Notes under the pieces: generated by a model
Databases searched by the model: none
What the model was told of the DNA's origin: nothing
The model's input: only the letters and a program-made list of their open reading frames with translations
Program-made: the position numbers and the translations under genes
Part shown: positions 39,688-48,510 of the stretch, piece by piece
How the letters are laid out: every line of letters starts with the position of its first letter
How positions within the stretch are numbered: the stretch's first letter is position 1
Virus record (IMG/VR): IMGVR_UViG_3300005096_000013
Location: 1-51,070 of that record
Reading direction: 5' to 3' (one strand)
Source of the DNA: a virus
Taxonomy: Duplodnaviria; Caudoviricetes
DNA: 51,070 nt

Positions 39688-40209
39688 TCATTTCTTTACC
39701 ATCCTTCCACAAAACACTTTACGTAAATTGAATGCTTGTATAATGTCAGTATCTTCTATCAACTCACCATCAAAGTAGCTCGGCTTATACTTTTTCATCA
39801 AAGGTAAGATATTATTAACATCTGTATCAGGAAACCAAGTTTTACAAATAAAATCAAGGGAGGCAAATAGGTCTAAAAATTGTGTGTTGTTTAATTTATC
39901 ACCTAAGAGGTTTCGGAAGTCACTAAGTTTTTTCTGGCTAGAGGAATCGAATTTCAGGTCCTTCGTCCGATATGCATACTCCGAGCTTTTAGAGTCCAAA
40001 ACTTCATAAGCATCAAAAAATAACTCAGAAGAATCAGGCCCGTAGTATGTCCAGCTAAAATCATACCTTAGTTTCACCCCGGTTCTTTGAAGTAAATAAA
40101 TAAGTCTCTGAGTATGGATATTATCAAGAATAGTTTTGCGTTTCAAGTCAAACTCTCTTGACAGCATCTTCAAAGTATCCTTAACGGTAAAATTTATTTT
40201 GCTACTCAT
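39688..40209 (-). CDS. YwgA/SocA(Panacea)-like protein
   Basis: QRLIYLLQ...YDFSWTYYGPDSSEL resembles the QKL-x-Y...YGP-x-S signature. Confidence 0.55.
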   Translation of the reverse strand: MSSKINFTVKDTLKMLSREFDLKRKTILDNIHTQRLIYLLQRTGVKLRYDFSWTYYGPDSSELFFDAYEVLDSKSSEYAYRTKDLKFDSSSQKKLSDFRNLLGDKLNNTQFLDLFASLDFICKTWFPDTDVNNILPLMKKYKPSYFDGELIEDTDIIQAFNLRKVFCGRMVKK

Positions 40210-40627
40210 ATTGTTTCCTCTCTGCGTAAGCCTCTAACTCTTCTACAACCTCATCCAAGTTGCACATCTTGACAAGCTGTTGGAACTTCCCTCCTTCATA
40301 AATATACATCCCTTTATACCCTTCCCCCTCATCAATCCACAGCATCAAATACCCGTCTTGCCAGCTATCTGTATACTGAAAATTTATGCCTAGCTCACCA
40401 TAGGGCAGCGGGTTAACCTCGGCAGTATGCAGCATATTTAATGTACGGTCAGGGATTGCACGGATGAAGTTTTCGGCAAGGCGAAATAGCTTTGAGGGGA
40501 CAGGTAACGCTTGGTATCCGTCCCAGTTCTCTTTTGCACACCCTGCTTCCTCCTCCTTGAGTTCTCGAAGTAAGGATGCTTTTAGTTTGTTAGTCATCAT
40601 ATTCAAACTCCATTTTAAGAATCTCAA
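40202..40627 (-). CDS. Hypothetical protein
   Basis: Tiles with neighbours; start may be ~40597. Confidence 0.55.
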   Translation of the reverse strand: MRFLKWSLNMMTNKLKASLLRELKEEEAGCAKENWDGYQALPVPSKLFRLAENFIRAIPDRTLNMLHTAEVNPLPYGELGINFQYTDSWQDGYLMLWIDEGEGYKGMYIYEGGKFQQLVKMCNLDEVVEELEAYAERKQYE

Positions 40628-40853
40628 TCTTCTGTTGTTCTAAGGGAACTCGGCTCCCCACCTCCAACATGTCTGTATACAACGCATGTCCTATCTCCTC
40701 AAAAGTGAGATACGATGGATTTATCACTGAATACGAACGCGTATAGGGAAACAACTTGACGTCCTCAACACGGATTTCTATGGTAGTCCTCGGAAACCCT
40801 TCCGAGGCGTCAGGCATGCAACAAGTATGACGATAAGTTACTTTACATTTCAT
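40590..40853 (-). CDS. Hypothetical protein
   Basis: Tiles with neighbours. Confidence 0.5.
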   Translation of the reverse strand: MKCKVTYRHTCCMPDASEGFPRTTIEIRVEDVKLFPYTRSYSVINPSYLTFEEIGHALYTDMLEVGSRVPLEQQKIEILKMEFEYDD

Positions 40854-40879
40854 CTCTTACCCTTTCAATAATCTTCTCT

Positions 40880-41218
40880 TTATCTTTTTGTGTTCATATA
40901 TTGATGGAGAAGCAAGCCGATTCTGTTCACGAAATCCTCCCTTCGATGTAATGGTTTTCCCTTTGTTAATTCAGAAAGATGAAAAAGTATTGCATGGGCT
41001 AACTCGTGATAAAAAGTTTGTTCTATAGTTGCCTTACTGTAACCCGCAGGGGGAAGTAGTAATTCAACTTCTTGCGTATCATGGTTAATCCTGCCCACCC
41101 AAGGTGATTCTTTAGCTCTCTTTTTAGAAACTTTGACCAGCTTCACCTTGTAAGTAAAACCGTAGAGCTTAAATGATTTAGGCACTCTAATCCCACATTT
41201 CATGTTCAAATCCTCCAT
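40880..41218 (-). CDS. Small HExxH zincin-like protein
   Basis: TFYHELAHAI followed by EDFV. Confidence 0.7.
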   Translation of the reverse strand: MEDLNMKCGIRVPKSFKLYGFTYKVKLVKVSKKRAKESPWVGRINHDTQEVELLLPPAGYSKATIEQTFYHELAHAILFHLSELTKGKPLHRREDFVNRIGLLLHQYMNTKR

Positions 41219-41529
41219 AAATCTGTACTTAAGACGAGAAACACTTCACTTATAAGATTCAGTTTTACTTCCCAGAAAGTATGTTCTCCGTTTAGCCAGT
41301 CAACTTCAGGGAAATCACCTTCTTGCCACGCTACAAGAGTACCATAGACGAGTCTATAACCTGTTATGATTCCCTTTAGCGGGCTTCCCGTAGGGTGCTT
41401 TACATAAAAGTCACGCTGACAACTCCCCTTCCTTGGAAAATCTCTAAGAGCGTAGTAAGAGTCAAACTGAACCTCTTCTCCTAACTCAAACCTCCAAGGG
41501 CATTTTGTTTTAATTTTATCCTCTTGCAT
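41206..41529 (-). CDS. Hypothetical protein
   Basis: GAAGGAG RBS. Confidence 0.6.
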   Translation of the reverse strand: MQEDKIKTKCPWRFELGEEVQFDSYYALRDFPRKGSCQRDFYVKHPTGSPLKGIITGYRLVYGTLVAWQEGDFPEVDWLNGEHTFWEVKLNLISEVFLVLSTDLWRI

Positions 41530-41558
41530 AATTGTAAACTCCTTCCATTAAAATTATA

Positions 41559-41667
41559 ATCCCGGCCAGCGGAGTCGAACCGCCGTTTCTGTCGCCCGCC
41601 TGTTTTTATTACGTGTGACATCGCACGCTCCAGCCCCAAGCGAACGCCACCAGGCCACTACCGGGAT
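41559..41667 (-). ncRNA. tRNA-like structured RNA (~109 nt)
   Basis: Terminal stem ATCCCGGT/GCCGGGAT and T-arm GGCGG-TTCGACT-CCGCT; interior is not a canonical cloverleaf; intergenic. Confidence 0.55.
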
Positions 41668-41701
41668 AAAACCGGGCTGGAAACTGTGGAACTAGATGTT
41701 G

Positions 41702-42388
41702 TCAACTGAAAACCTCTAAAGGATTTAATGCTACTTTATATTTTATTGGAGCTTGACGTGTAGATTCCCATCGACCATCAAGGTAGTCCAACAGTAAAGA
41801 CCAGTGAACTTTAACAGCTTCAACAAGATGAGGCTTCCTACCGGGCAACAATATTGCAGGGTGGTAAGTTGCAAAGAACCTTGGATTGCCGGGTAACTCG
41901 GACAACTTAGCACCTTGTGAAGCAAAACCCTCTTTAAGAATTCGTCCAGTTACAGCCCTACAAGCCACTGCTCCTTGTACGAACAAGATAAGTTCCGAGT
42001 AGTAAGTAGATAACACTTTCATATCCTCAAGGAGATAGGGACGGCAACTCTTAATCTTGGAGTTAGTCGGTGTACTGTTCTGTTCAGGTCTGCACCTGCA
42101 AGCATTCGTAAGATAAACATCCACCTTTTCAGATAACTTCACCGAGTCCAGAAATCTGCAAAGCAACTGACCTGTCGGTCCAACCCACGACTTCCCTGCA
42201 ATATCTTCATGGTAGCCGGGAGCTTCACCTACTACCAGCACGGCCTTCTCATGATGGAGCCCGGAGTGACTCTCAACTTCATGTAACCTAGTAGGGAGCC
42301 CGGAGTGAACACACTGAGTCCACAATCCACACTTCTCGTTCTTGCAGGGATATGACACTCCGAAAATGTATGGCTCTACCTGTCCCAT
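41702..42388 (-). CDS. Uracil-DNA glycosylase family 4
   Basis: N-terminal Cys cluster, VGEAPG..E..G..WVG, TNACRCRP, TYHPA. Confidence 0.9.
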   Translation of the reverse strand: MGQVEPYIFGVSYPCKNEKCGLWTQCVHSGLPTRLHEVESHSGLHHEKAVLVVGEAPGYHEDIAGKSWVGPTGQLLCRFLDSVKLSEKVDVYLTNACRCRPEQNSTPTNSKIKSCRPYLLEDMKVLSTYYSELILFVQGAVACRAVTGRILKEGFASQGAKLSELPGNPRFFATYHPAILLPGRKPHLVEAVKVHWSLLLDYLDGRWESTRQAPIKYKVALNPLEVFS

Positions 42389-42675
42389 AGTTTTTCAACC
42401 CTCTTTAATTCAACTTGGGCTGCCTCGCTGTGTCCTCGACGGTAGTTTATAACGCTCACACCCAATCTGCTCAGCCGATAACCTACTTGGCTAGGCGTAA
42501 GGCCAGTCATAGTTGCGATTGTGAAGATTGAGAAGCCTCGATTGGCAAGGCGCCTCACAGCCTTCACTGTCTCGCTGTTCCAAACCACCTTGCGGTTCTG
42601 GTCTAGACCCCTTACTGCTTTTTTTGGGGGCGGAGGTACAGTGTCGATAAACCACTTTATCTGCTGTTCTGTCAT
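42376..42675 (-). CDS. Small HTH protein
   Basis: LANRGFSIFTIATMTGLTPSQVGYRLSRLG. Confidence 0.65.
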   Translation of the reverse strand: MTEQQIKWFIDTVPPPPKKAVRGLDQNRKVVWNSETVKAVRRLANRGFSIFTIATMTGLTPSQVGYRLSRLGVSVINYRRGHSEAAQVELKRVEKLWDR

Positions 42676-43031
42676 GACTGTTTCACCTCTCTTTCCATTT
42701 CAAGTTGAGTAATGAGTGAAGTAGGTTGGCCCGGCTGCAAAGGTATCTTCATCCAGACGGGTACGTACAGATGTTGGTTAGCCGAGACAAGCACTTGGGG
42801 AGATACACTGGAAGCTACTGACACTCCGGGCTCCTCTTTTACTTTGTGTTTGTCGAAGTCTTTCTTGGCCCTTCTTCTGTTGGCAGGCGTCACAGGCAAC
42901 GAAGTGTACTCGAATTCTTGCTCACTCCTTTGCAGTTTGTGCAGCGAGATTGCATGGTTCCGGTAACCTCCAAGGCTTCCACACACCTGTCCACAAGTCA
43001 AACATTGCACGTGTTCTTCTTTCTTTGCCAT
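42672..43031 (-). CDS. C2H2 zinc-finger-like protein
   Basis: CLTC-x12-H-x4-H near the N-terminus; AAAGGAG RBS. Confidence 0.6.
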   Translation of the reverse strand: MAKKEEHVQCLTCGQVCGSLGGYRNHAISLHKLQRSEQEFEYTSLPVTPANRRRAKKDFDKHKVKEEPGVSVASSVSPQVLVSANQHLYVPVWMKIPLQPGQPTSLITQLEMEREVKQS

Positions 43032-43072
43032 TGCAAAGCTCCTTTCCCTCTCTTATTGAGAGGACTGTAGGG

Positions 43073-43435
43073 TTAGGCCCTCTTGTATCCGTGTCTGTAG
43101 GGCCGTCGTTTATTGTAAGACATCTTATCTTCGAGGGCTTGGCATAGAGGTATATTCAATTCTTCACACAGGTCGAAGATACGGATAAGGACGTCGGCAA
43201 GTTCACTGGCTATGCCTATCGGCTTACCATCGAGTTCTCTTGCAACCACCTGCATGTCATCACCTTCTCGGTAGGCTTCAAATGCTTCAGAGACTTCTGC
43301 GTGTACGTTGGCCATAAGGTCACCGAAGCTGCGTTCCTTCTCCCACCAACCCTTACTTACAGCTGTAGCGTGGGATTCCGCCATGAGGAGTTCAATTACT
43401 TGTCGTTGTACTGTCCCATCTGGTACTGATTCCAT
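43073..43435 (-). CDS. MazG-like nucleotide pyrophosphohydrolase
   Basis: KGWW, HAEVSEAFEAYR, ELADVLIR, KMSYNKRRPYRHG. Confidence 0.88.
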   Translation of the reverse strand: MESVPDGTVQRQVIELLMAESHATAVSKGWWEKERSFGDLMANVHAEVSEAFEAYREGDDMQVVARELDGKPIGIASELADVLIRIFDLCEELNIPLCQALEDKMSYNKRRPYRHGYKRA

Positions 43436-43884
43436 ATTTTTTTCTCCAATTCGGCCCGGTGTTTGAGGGCTACCCGGTGGGCCTTTTCCCTTGTAGCCAT
43501 AATTTCCAATATATCTTGAAGGTCCCTATCTTCCAACTCTTTGTACCAATAATAGAGTTTCTGAGAGTAGAGTAACAGGCTAGTATAAGACGTAGAGCTT
43601 CGTGACAATTCCCTTATGAAGTAGGGAGGTTGCTTCAGGTCGTAGCAAAATACCACGTATTTCCATATTGGGTAGGATGTGTGGTGCTTGGCGTTCCGGG
43701 CCAGTACGTAGTAGAGCGGCCCCGCCAACTTCCTACACTTGTAGCCTACTACACGAGAGACCTTTGCTGAAATGATAGAAGGTATGGGGTCCAGACGTAG
43801 AGCGGATAGCAGGACCTCGCGGGCTACTGTACGTTTGGGTTTCTTTGAATCTAGTACTCTTATCACTCCGGGCTCCTTAATCAT
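43396..43884 (-). CDS. Hypothetical protein directly downstream of E1
   Basis: Start overlaps the E1 3' end. Confidence 0.6.
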   Translation of the reverse strand: MIKEPGVIRVLDSKKPKRTVAREVLLSALRLDPIPSIISAKVSRVVGYKCRKLAGPLYYVLARNAKHHTSYPIWKYVVFCYDLKQPPYFIRELSRSSTSYTSLLLYSQKLYYWYKELEDRDLQDILEIMATREKAHRVALKHRAELEKKIWNQYQMGQYNDK

Positions 43885-44572
43885 AAGTCATTGACAATGC
43901 CAGTATGTTACAGTGAAGAACAGACTGAAGAGGCATGTAACGTAAATGTTGGGAGAAATAAGCAACCAACGTTGCTGCACACATGGAGGCACAGTAGAGA
44001 GTTGTCTTAGCGGTGCACCTGACTTTGGCTGCCTCCTCTTGGGGAAATAAGGATTTCTCATAGGCAGCGATGCTTTCAGAATCACGCTTGTAGCAAGATA
44101 ATATATCGTACTGCTCGGCGGCCAAGCGGGAGTCCAACCACAATACAGCTTCAGGACTACAGTCTTTCGATTTGAAAGCGTGAACAAAAATGCTTCGGCG
44201 GGCTGATATACTATCTACACAGCAGAAAGTGACAGCCTGTAAAGGTTTTGTAACTTCGTAACGAGTAGGTATTGCAGTCACTTCGATTTCCGGATAGATT
44301 CGGGTCATGTCATCTAGGCAGGCTGAGACTTTGAGCTGCCCTAACTGGTCAGGCCGAAAACCTTGAACCCCTAAGTTGGCTTCATCTACGGTGTCGTGGT
44401 CCCATAGGGTTATATGTTTTACACCCATAGCTGCAAGTATTAGAGCTACTTGCCTGCCTACTGCACCTACTCCGATGATTCCAACAGTTGTGTCTTGGAG
44501 CCATTGGTCGGGGAGAATATCCCACTGTCTTGCGTTACGTAATCCGAGAGTTGGTTCTTTAGTTTTTACCAT
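43877..44572 (-). CDS. ThiF/E1-like ubiquitin-activating enzyme
   Basis: ARQ, GVGAVG, DHDTVDEANL, KV, CVDSISAR, candidate catalytic Cys in RCTAK. Confidence 0.9.
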   Translation of the reverse strand: MVKTKEPTLGLRNARQWDILPDQWLQDTTVGIIGVGAVGRQVALILAAMGVKHITLWDHDTVDEANLGVQGFRPDQLGQLKVSACLDDMTRIYPEIEVTAIPTRYEVTKPLQAVTFCCVDSISARRSIFVHAFKSKDCSPEAVLWLDSRLAAEQYDILSCYKRDSESIAAYEKSLFPQEEAAKVRCTAKTTLYCASMCAATLVAYFSQHLRYMPLQSVLHCNILALSMTYD

Positions 44573-44574
44573 TG

Positions 44575-45510
44575 TTAATCCTTTCTTGTTTTTGCTTCTT
44601 CCACGCTTGCTACTTCTACAAGTTTACCTCCGACTTCTTCCTTTTCCTCCTCGAAGGACAGGTCAAAATATTCTTCAACTACGTCGAGATAGCACTTAGG
44701 ACACTTCCAATCCATATACTCCAAGGCTTTAAGAGAGATTGTAGCGTTGCAAGCCGGGCATTCCATCGTGCCCGACACTCCGAAGTCCTCTTTCAGAAGG
44801 TCTATGTAAACTTCTCTGGTATCCCAAAGTTCTTCATCATAACCTCCTTGATAACAGCCTTTAGGGTCAAAGGGAGGACATAAGAAGTTTGTAGGTGGAA
44901 GGGTTGTGACTTGCTTCTCGTAAAGCTCTTTCCAGTGCTCTTTATCTTGTTGGGAAACTCCGGGGAAAGGCTGGTCCCAAGCGATTTCGGCATGAAGGTT
45001 GATAAAACCTACCGGACTTTTGGTTGGAGAATATTGGAGTCGAATATAGGCTCCCGTGAGGTTCTGGTCAAGGATACACATTACTGCCCATGACATCTGG
45101 CTGTAAGTACGCATGAAGGTATCCTCGTCCGTACCGCTGGGGTTAGTCCCCATACCCGGATGGGTGTGTATCCAGACTCTTGAACTTCGGTAAGGAGGAA
45201 TGCCTTCAAGGGCGGCTTCAGCTATCAGGTCGTTCACGCTGTCTTGGTTGAGGTCTACGACTGCTCCCCCTACTTGTTGGACCGGCAAGAGGATGTCCTC
45301 TACACAGAGCAGGTCGTCCTCCATAGTTTGGCCAAAGCAACTCACCTCGCAATCCTCCCTCTGGTTTCGGAAGAAGGAAAGTTTTGCCCATGCGTAGGGC
45401 GTGAACCTCAAGGCCGGATTGCTGGGCAGTTTCAGGAATTGGCGGGGTTGCTGAACAGCCGAATACTGTTCCTTCTTTGACTCTTGCTTTTTCCTTTTAC
45501 CTTTCTTCAT
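44575..45510 (-). CDS. JAB/JAMM metallopeptidase with C-terminal zinc ribbon
   Basis: Glu (CEV) plus HTHPGMGTNPSGTD (HxH-x7-S-x2-D); CPAC/CPKC; ATG 45510 overlaps the upstream TGA, with AGGAG RBS. Confidence 0.9.
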   Translation of the reverse strand: MKKGKRKKQESKKEQYSAVQQPRQFLKLPSNPALRFTPYAWAKLSFFRNQREDCEVSCFGQTMEDDLLCVEDILLPVQQVGGAVVDLNQDSVNDLIAEAALEGIPPYRSSRVWIHTHPGMGTNPSGTDEDTFMRTYSQMSWAVMCILDQNLTGAYIRLQYSPTKSPVGFINLHAEIAWDQPFPGVSQQDKEHWKELYEKQVTTLPPTNFLCPPFDPKGCYQGGYDEELWDTREVYIDLLKEDFGVSGTMECPACNATISLKALEYMDWKCPKCYLDVVEEYFDLSFEEEKEEVGGKLVEVASVEEAKTRKD

Positions 45511-46811
45511 GCTTCTTGGCTCCTTTCTTCTAGACAAGTTTCGCATAATCCATCTTCTAAAGCTGTAGGACAAAATAGTTTATCACAGGACTTACAGGGG
45601 ACGAAATGTTCTTCATAACATGTGGCACAAAAGAGTTCCCCACATACATCACAATATTCTTCGCAGTCACCACATACATAGTCCGTACATTCACTGCAAT
45701 TCTTTAAGCACTCAGTGCAGAATTCTTCTTTACAGTCAACACATTCTTCCATACAGTCAGGACATGCTACATGGCCACATTCAGTACATTCTTTGGTACA
45801 GTCTGGACAAAGAGTCTCTCCACAGATATGGCAAGTGGTACGTGTGCAGAGAGTACAGACAGCTCTTCCACAGTGGTCACATGCAGTCATGCAGTCAGGG
45901 CAGGCTGCCTCATCACAGAAAACACACACTTCCAACGCCTCGTCGAGGTAGGTTTCATTACAGCAGGAACAATCCGAAGATGTATAGCCTGCCATTGTTG
46001 CAATAGTTCTATAAGCTCCTTCACGTTCGTATCCGTGCAACACTCCTATCACTATCTGGAGAGCGGGGTAGAACAGCCCTTGAGACATGAGTTGTTGGTA
46101 AGCAGCTAAGTGTTTGCCAAGACATAGGTCTCTCCCATTTGTATGGGGATGAATTTCACCGTCCTCATCCATGAAAGTCTCCTTCATGGATTCTATATCA
46201 CATTGAGAATTACTACGTGAGGTGATAAGAGGGAGGACAATACGGAAAGGCCCGAATGAGAGGCTTAAATCGTCAACTTGAGGCATGTCTTCAAAGAGCT
46301 CGAAAGCCGGTATCTCGACAGTCAAAAGGTTTGCAATAGAGGCTTCCTCGATGCTCAGAATCTCCGAACCATAATTGAGAGAAGGTGTGTTAAACAGTCC
46401 TCCTTTAGAAGTAGGAGGCTCATCCAGTATCCATTGTAGATTCTGGTAGATGTCAGATACCTGTGGCTTTGAATATTTGGAGGATGCTATAATACACCCT
46501 TTGCGGAACTCCAAGAGTTGGCTAGACCGTCGCATAAGTTCTTTGATTATTGTTCTCTGCCTTCGCAAGATAGTTCTGAAAGTTTTGTTGGAAGTGAGGA
46601 AACCCTCTGAAGGGAGTTCAAAGGGTAAAGTTGTAGAGTTTCTAGCCACATAACCCTGGGTATCCAGCCATTGGCTATTGAATTGAGCATCTGCGAAGGT
46701 GCGATGTCGAGAGGCTATCTTCTCAGCAAGTCTCCAGAGAGGTTTAGAGTAACCTCTATTCTTTGGAGGTGAACGTTTGATTTTAGGTTCTTCAATTTCA
46801 ACAGTCATCAT
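45507..46811 (-). CDS. Prokaryotic E2-like protein with C-terminal poly-CxxC region
   Basis: IHPHTNGRDLCLG matches the E2 HP-x...LCL active-site motif; ~17 CxxC pairs follow; AGGAG RBS before ATG 46811. Confidence 0.78.
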   Translation of the reverse strand: MMTVEIEEPKIKRSPPKNRGYSKPLWRLAEKIASRHRTFADAQFNSQWLDTQGYVARNSTTLPFELPSEGFLTSNKTFRTILRRQRTIIKELMRRSSQLLEFRKGCIIASSKYSKPQVSDIYQNLQWILDEPPTSKGGLFNTPSLNYGSEILSIEEASIANLLTVEIPAFELFEDMPQVDDLSLSFGPFRIVLPLITSRSNSQCDIESMKETFMDEDGEIHPHTNGRDLCLGKHLAAYQQLMSQGLFYPALQIVIGVLHGYEREGAYRTIATMAGYTSSDCSCCNETYLDEALEVCVFCDEAACPDCMTACDHCGRAVCTLCTRTTCHICGETLCPDCTKECTECGHVACPDCMEECVDCKEEFCTECLKNCSECTDYVCGDCEEYCDVCGELFCATCYEEHFVPCKSCDKLFCPTALEDGLCETCLEERSQEA

Positions 46812-46865
46812 TGGATTTGCTCCTAGTAAAGTAGGGAGGGTACCTCGGAGCACCCTCCCATTAAC

Positions 46866-47123
46866 TCAGTTGCCTTCCATCTTAGCCAAGCCAACCGTGA
46901 GAGTATCGCCCTCGTTGACTGTAGCCAAAGACTCTTCGGGATGGATAGTTTCCCAACCGGGGCAACCTGCTCTCCGGATTCTGATAGCGTGCTGGGCAGG
47001 ATTGTAACCTCCCACGTTCCCTAAAACATCATTGAGGATGTCCACTATCAAACTGTCTTCCGCGACAGCAATCCTTTCCATTCCCCCCGTTCCAGTCGTG
47101 TCAATAACCCTTACGTGCACCAT
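46866..47123 (-). CDS. Ubiquitin-like (beta-grasp) protein
   Basis: 85 aa; beta-beta-alpha pattern, EGDTLTV terminal strand, C-terminal KMEG-N; AAAGGAG RBS; first gene of the E2-JAB-E1 operon. Confidence 0.82.
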   Translation of the reverse strand: MVHVRVIDTTGTGGMERIAVAEDSLIVDILNDVLGNVGGYNPAQHAIRIRRAGCPGWETIHPEESLATVNEGDTLTVGLAKMEGN

Positions 47124-47183
47124 GGTACACTCCTTTCGTCAAAAGAAACAATTAACAATACCAAGAACGAAATACATACTACA

Positions 47184-48029
47184 TTAAAGTTTAGGGCATG
47201 ATACATCACCCCCTTTCGTTTCTTCCGGCCATGTAAATCCTAATGATTCCATAGCATCACGGAAGTCCTTGAGAAGTTGGGGTAGTCGAGCTTTGAGTCT
47301 CTCCTTTAATCCAGGAGCAGTCAGGTCCTCATCGGTAGCGTCGGGCCAGATAGCTGCCCTACGTGCTGCGTCAAGTTCACGTTCCTTACCCTTCGAGAAG
47401 GATATAGGAACCTTCTCCAGATGCCATTTGGAAGAATGTTCCAGCAACTCCTTGTATTCCTCAGCTTCCCTCCGAGTATCAAAGGAGCATTGATACCATT
47501 CTTTCGGCATCAGACAAGAGAACTCATACTTGGGCCTGTAAGGGTAATCAGAATCTTCGTGAGGAACCTCAATAACATCACCAACTTGGACTGGAGGAAT
47601 CTTATCTTGTAGAAAAGTTTCTAAGGATTTTGAAACCTTCAAACTTACAGGGAAGTTATCTACCTGTAGCAAGGTTTGCCAACTGGAGGGTTCACCCTTG
47701 CGGTGTCCCCAACAATCTTTATCTCCTGCAAGATATACCGTATTGGAGATATAGTACATCGGGCCGTCAGTACTGCATAAGTGCCACTTGATATACCTTT
47801 CGAGTTCAGGGATACGCTTGGCAATATCCTCGTGGAGACACCCTCCAGCAATCCATACCCACCTCGCCCTGTGTTCCGGAAAAGTAGATAACTCCCCGGT
47901 CAATGAAAAAGTAGCATGACCATTATGACATTCATCGTCGAAACTTGCTCTCGCTATTAAACGATACTTACGACCATCCTCATCCGCCCACGTCACTTCT
48001 CTAGTAACAGTTTGGGTAGGAATTTCCAT
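47184..48029 (-). CDS. Hypothetical phage protein
   Basis: 281 aa, GAAAGGAG RBS; GGCLHE...KWHL...GPMYY motif. Confidence 0.65.
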   Translation of the reverse strand: MEIPTQTVTREVTWADEDGRKYRLIARASFDDECHNGHATFSLTGELSTFPEHRARWVWIAGGCLHEDIAKRIPELERYIKWHLCSTDGPMYYISNTVYLAGDKDCWGHRKGEPSSWQTLLQVDNFPVSLKVSKSLETFLQDKIPPVQVGDVIEVPHEDSDYPYRPKYEFSCLMPKEWYQCSFDTRREAEEYKELLEHSSKWHLEKVPISFSKGKERELDAARRAAIWPDATDEDLTAPGLKERLKARLPQLLKDFRDAMESLGFTWPEETKGGDVSCPKL

Positions 48030-48044
48030 CTCTGTTGCTCCTTT

Positions 48045-48251
48045 CTATCCAAAGTAATCTGTAGTGAAGTCACCGCCCGGTCCAAACCTACAGAGAGGAG
48101 CCCGGAGTGAATCATTGTTTTTGTCTTCCTGCTTGGAGGGCTTTTCCTTTTTAGTCCCGTGCAAGGCTTCCATGATTTTATCTATGACCTCATCTGTCAA
48201 GATAAAGTCGTCCAGCCAAGCCCAATCATCTTCGTACCATGAGTACATGAT
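48045..48251 (-). CDS. Hypothetical protein
   Basis: GAAGGA RBS before MMYSWYEDD; 3' part of ORF-track 48045..48470. Confidence 0.5.
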   Translation of the reverse strand: MMYSWYEDDWAWLDDFILTDEVIDKIMEALHGTKKEKPSKQEDKNNDSLRAPLCRFGPGGDFTTDYFG

Positions 48252-48279
48252 GGTTCCTTCCTGTCCGATAATCGGACAA

Positions 48280-48510
48280 TTAGTTTTGATAGGCTCCAAG
48301 CCCTGCGTCCTCCGCATACTTCTCTGCTTCGTCATAATCCCAGCAGTCAGCGGTAGGGGATATACACCAAGGATGCCCACAGTAAGGGCAAGAGACAAGG
48401 TCCTGGTGAGGAGGGCAAAAGATGGTCTGGCCACAGATAGGGCAGGGGGTGGTACATTCTTGCCCCTCACGGATAAGTAGTTTGGGTCGTTTCATGGTTG
48501 GTCCTTTCAA
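48280..48510 (-). CDS. Zinc-ribbon protein
   Basis: CPIC...CPYC. Confidence 0.55.
   Translation of the reverse strand: MKGPTMKRPKLLIREGQECTTPCPICGQTIFCPPHQDLVSCPYCGHPWCISPTADCWDYDEAEKYAEDAGLGAYQN

Noticed and set aside
43877-44572. ThiF/MoeB as a thiamine or molybdopterin auxiliary metabolic gene
   Set aside because: No thi/moa partners; neighbours are E2-like, JAB and Ubl genes.
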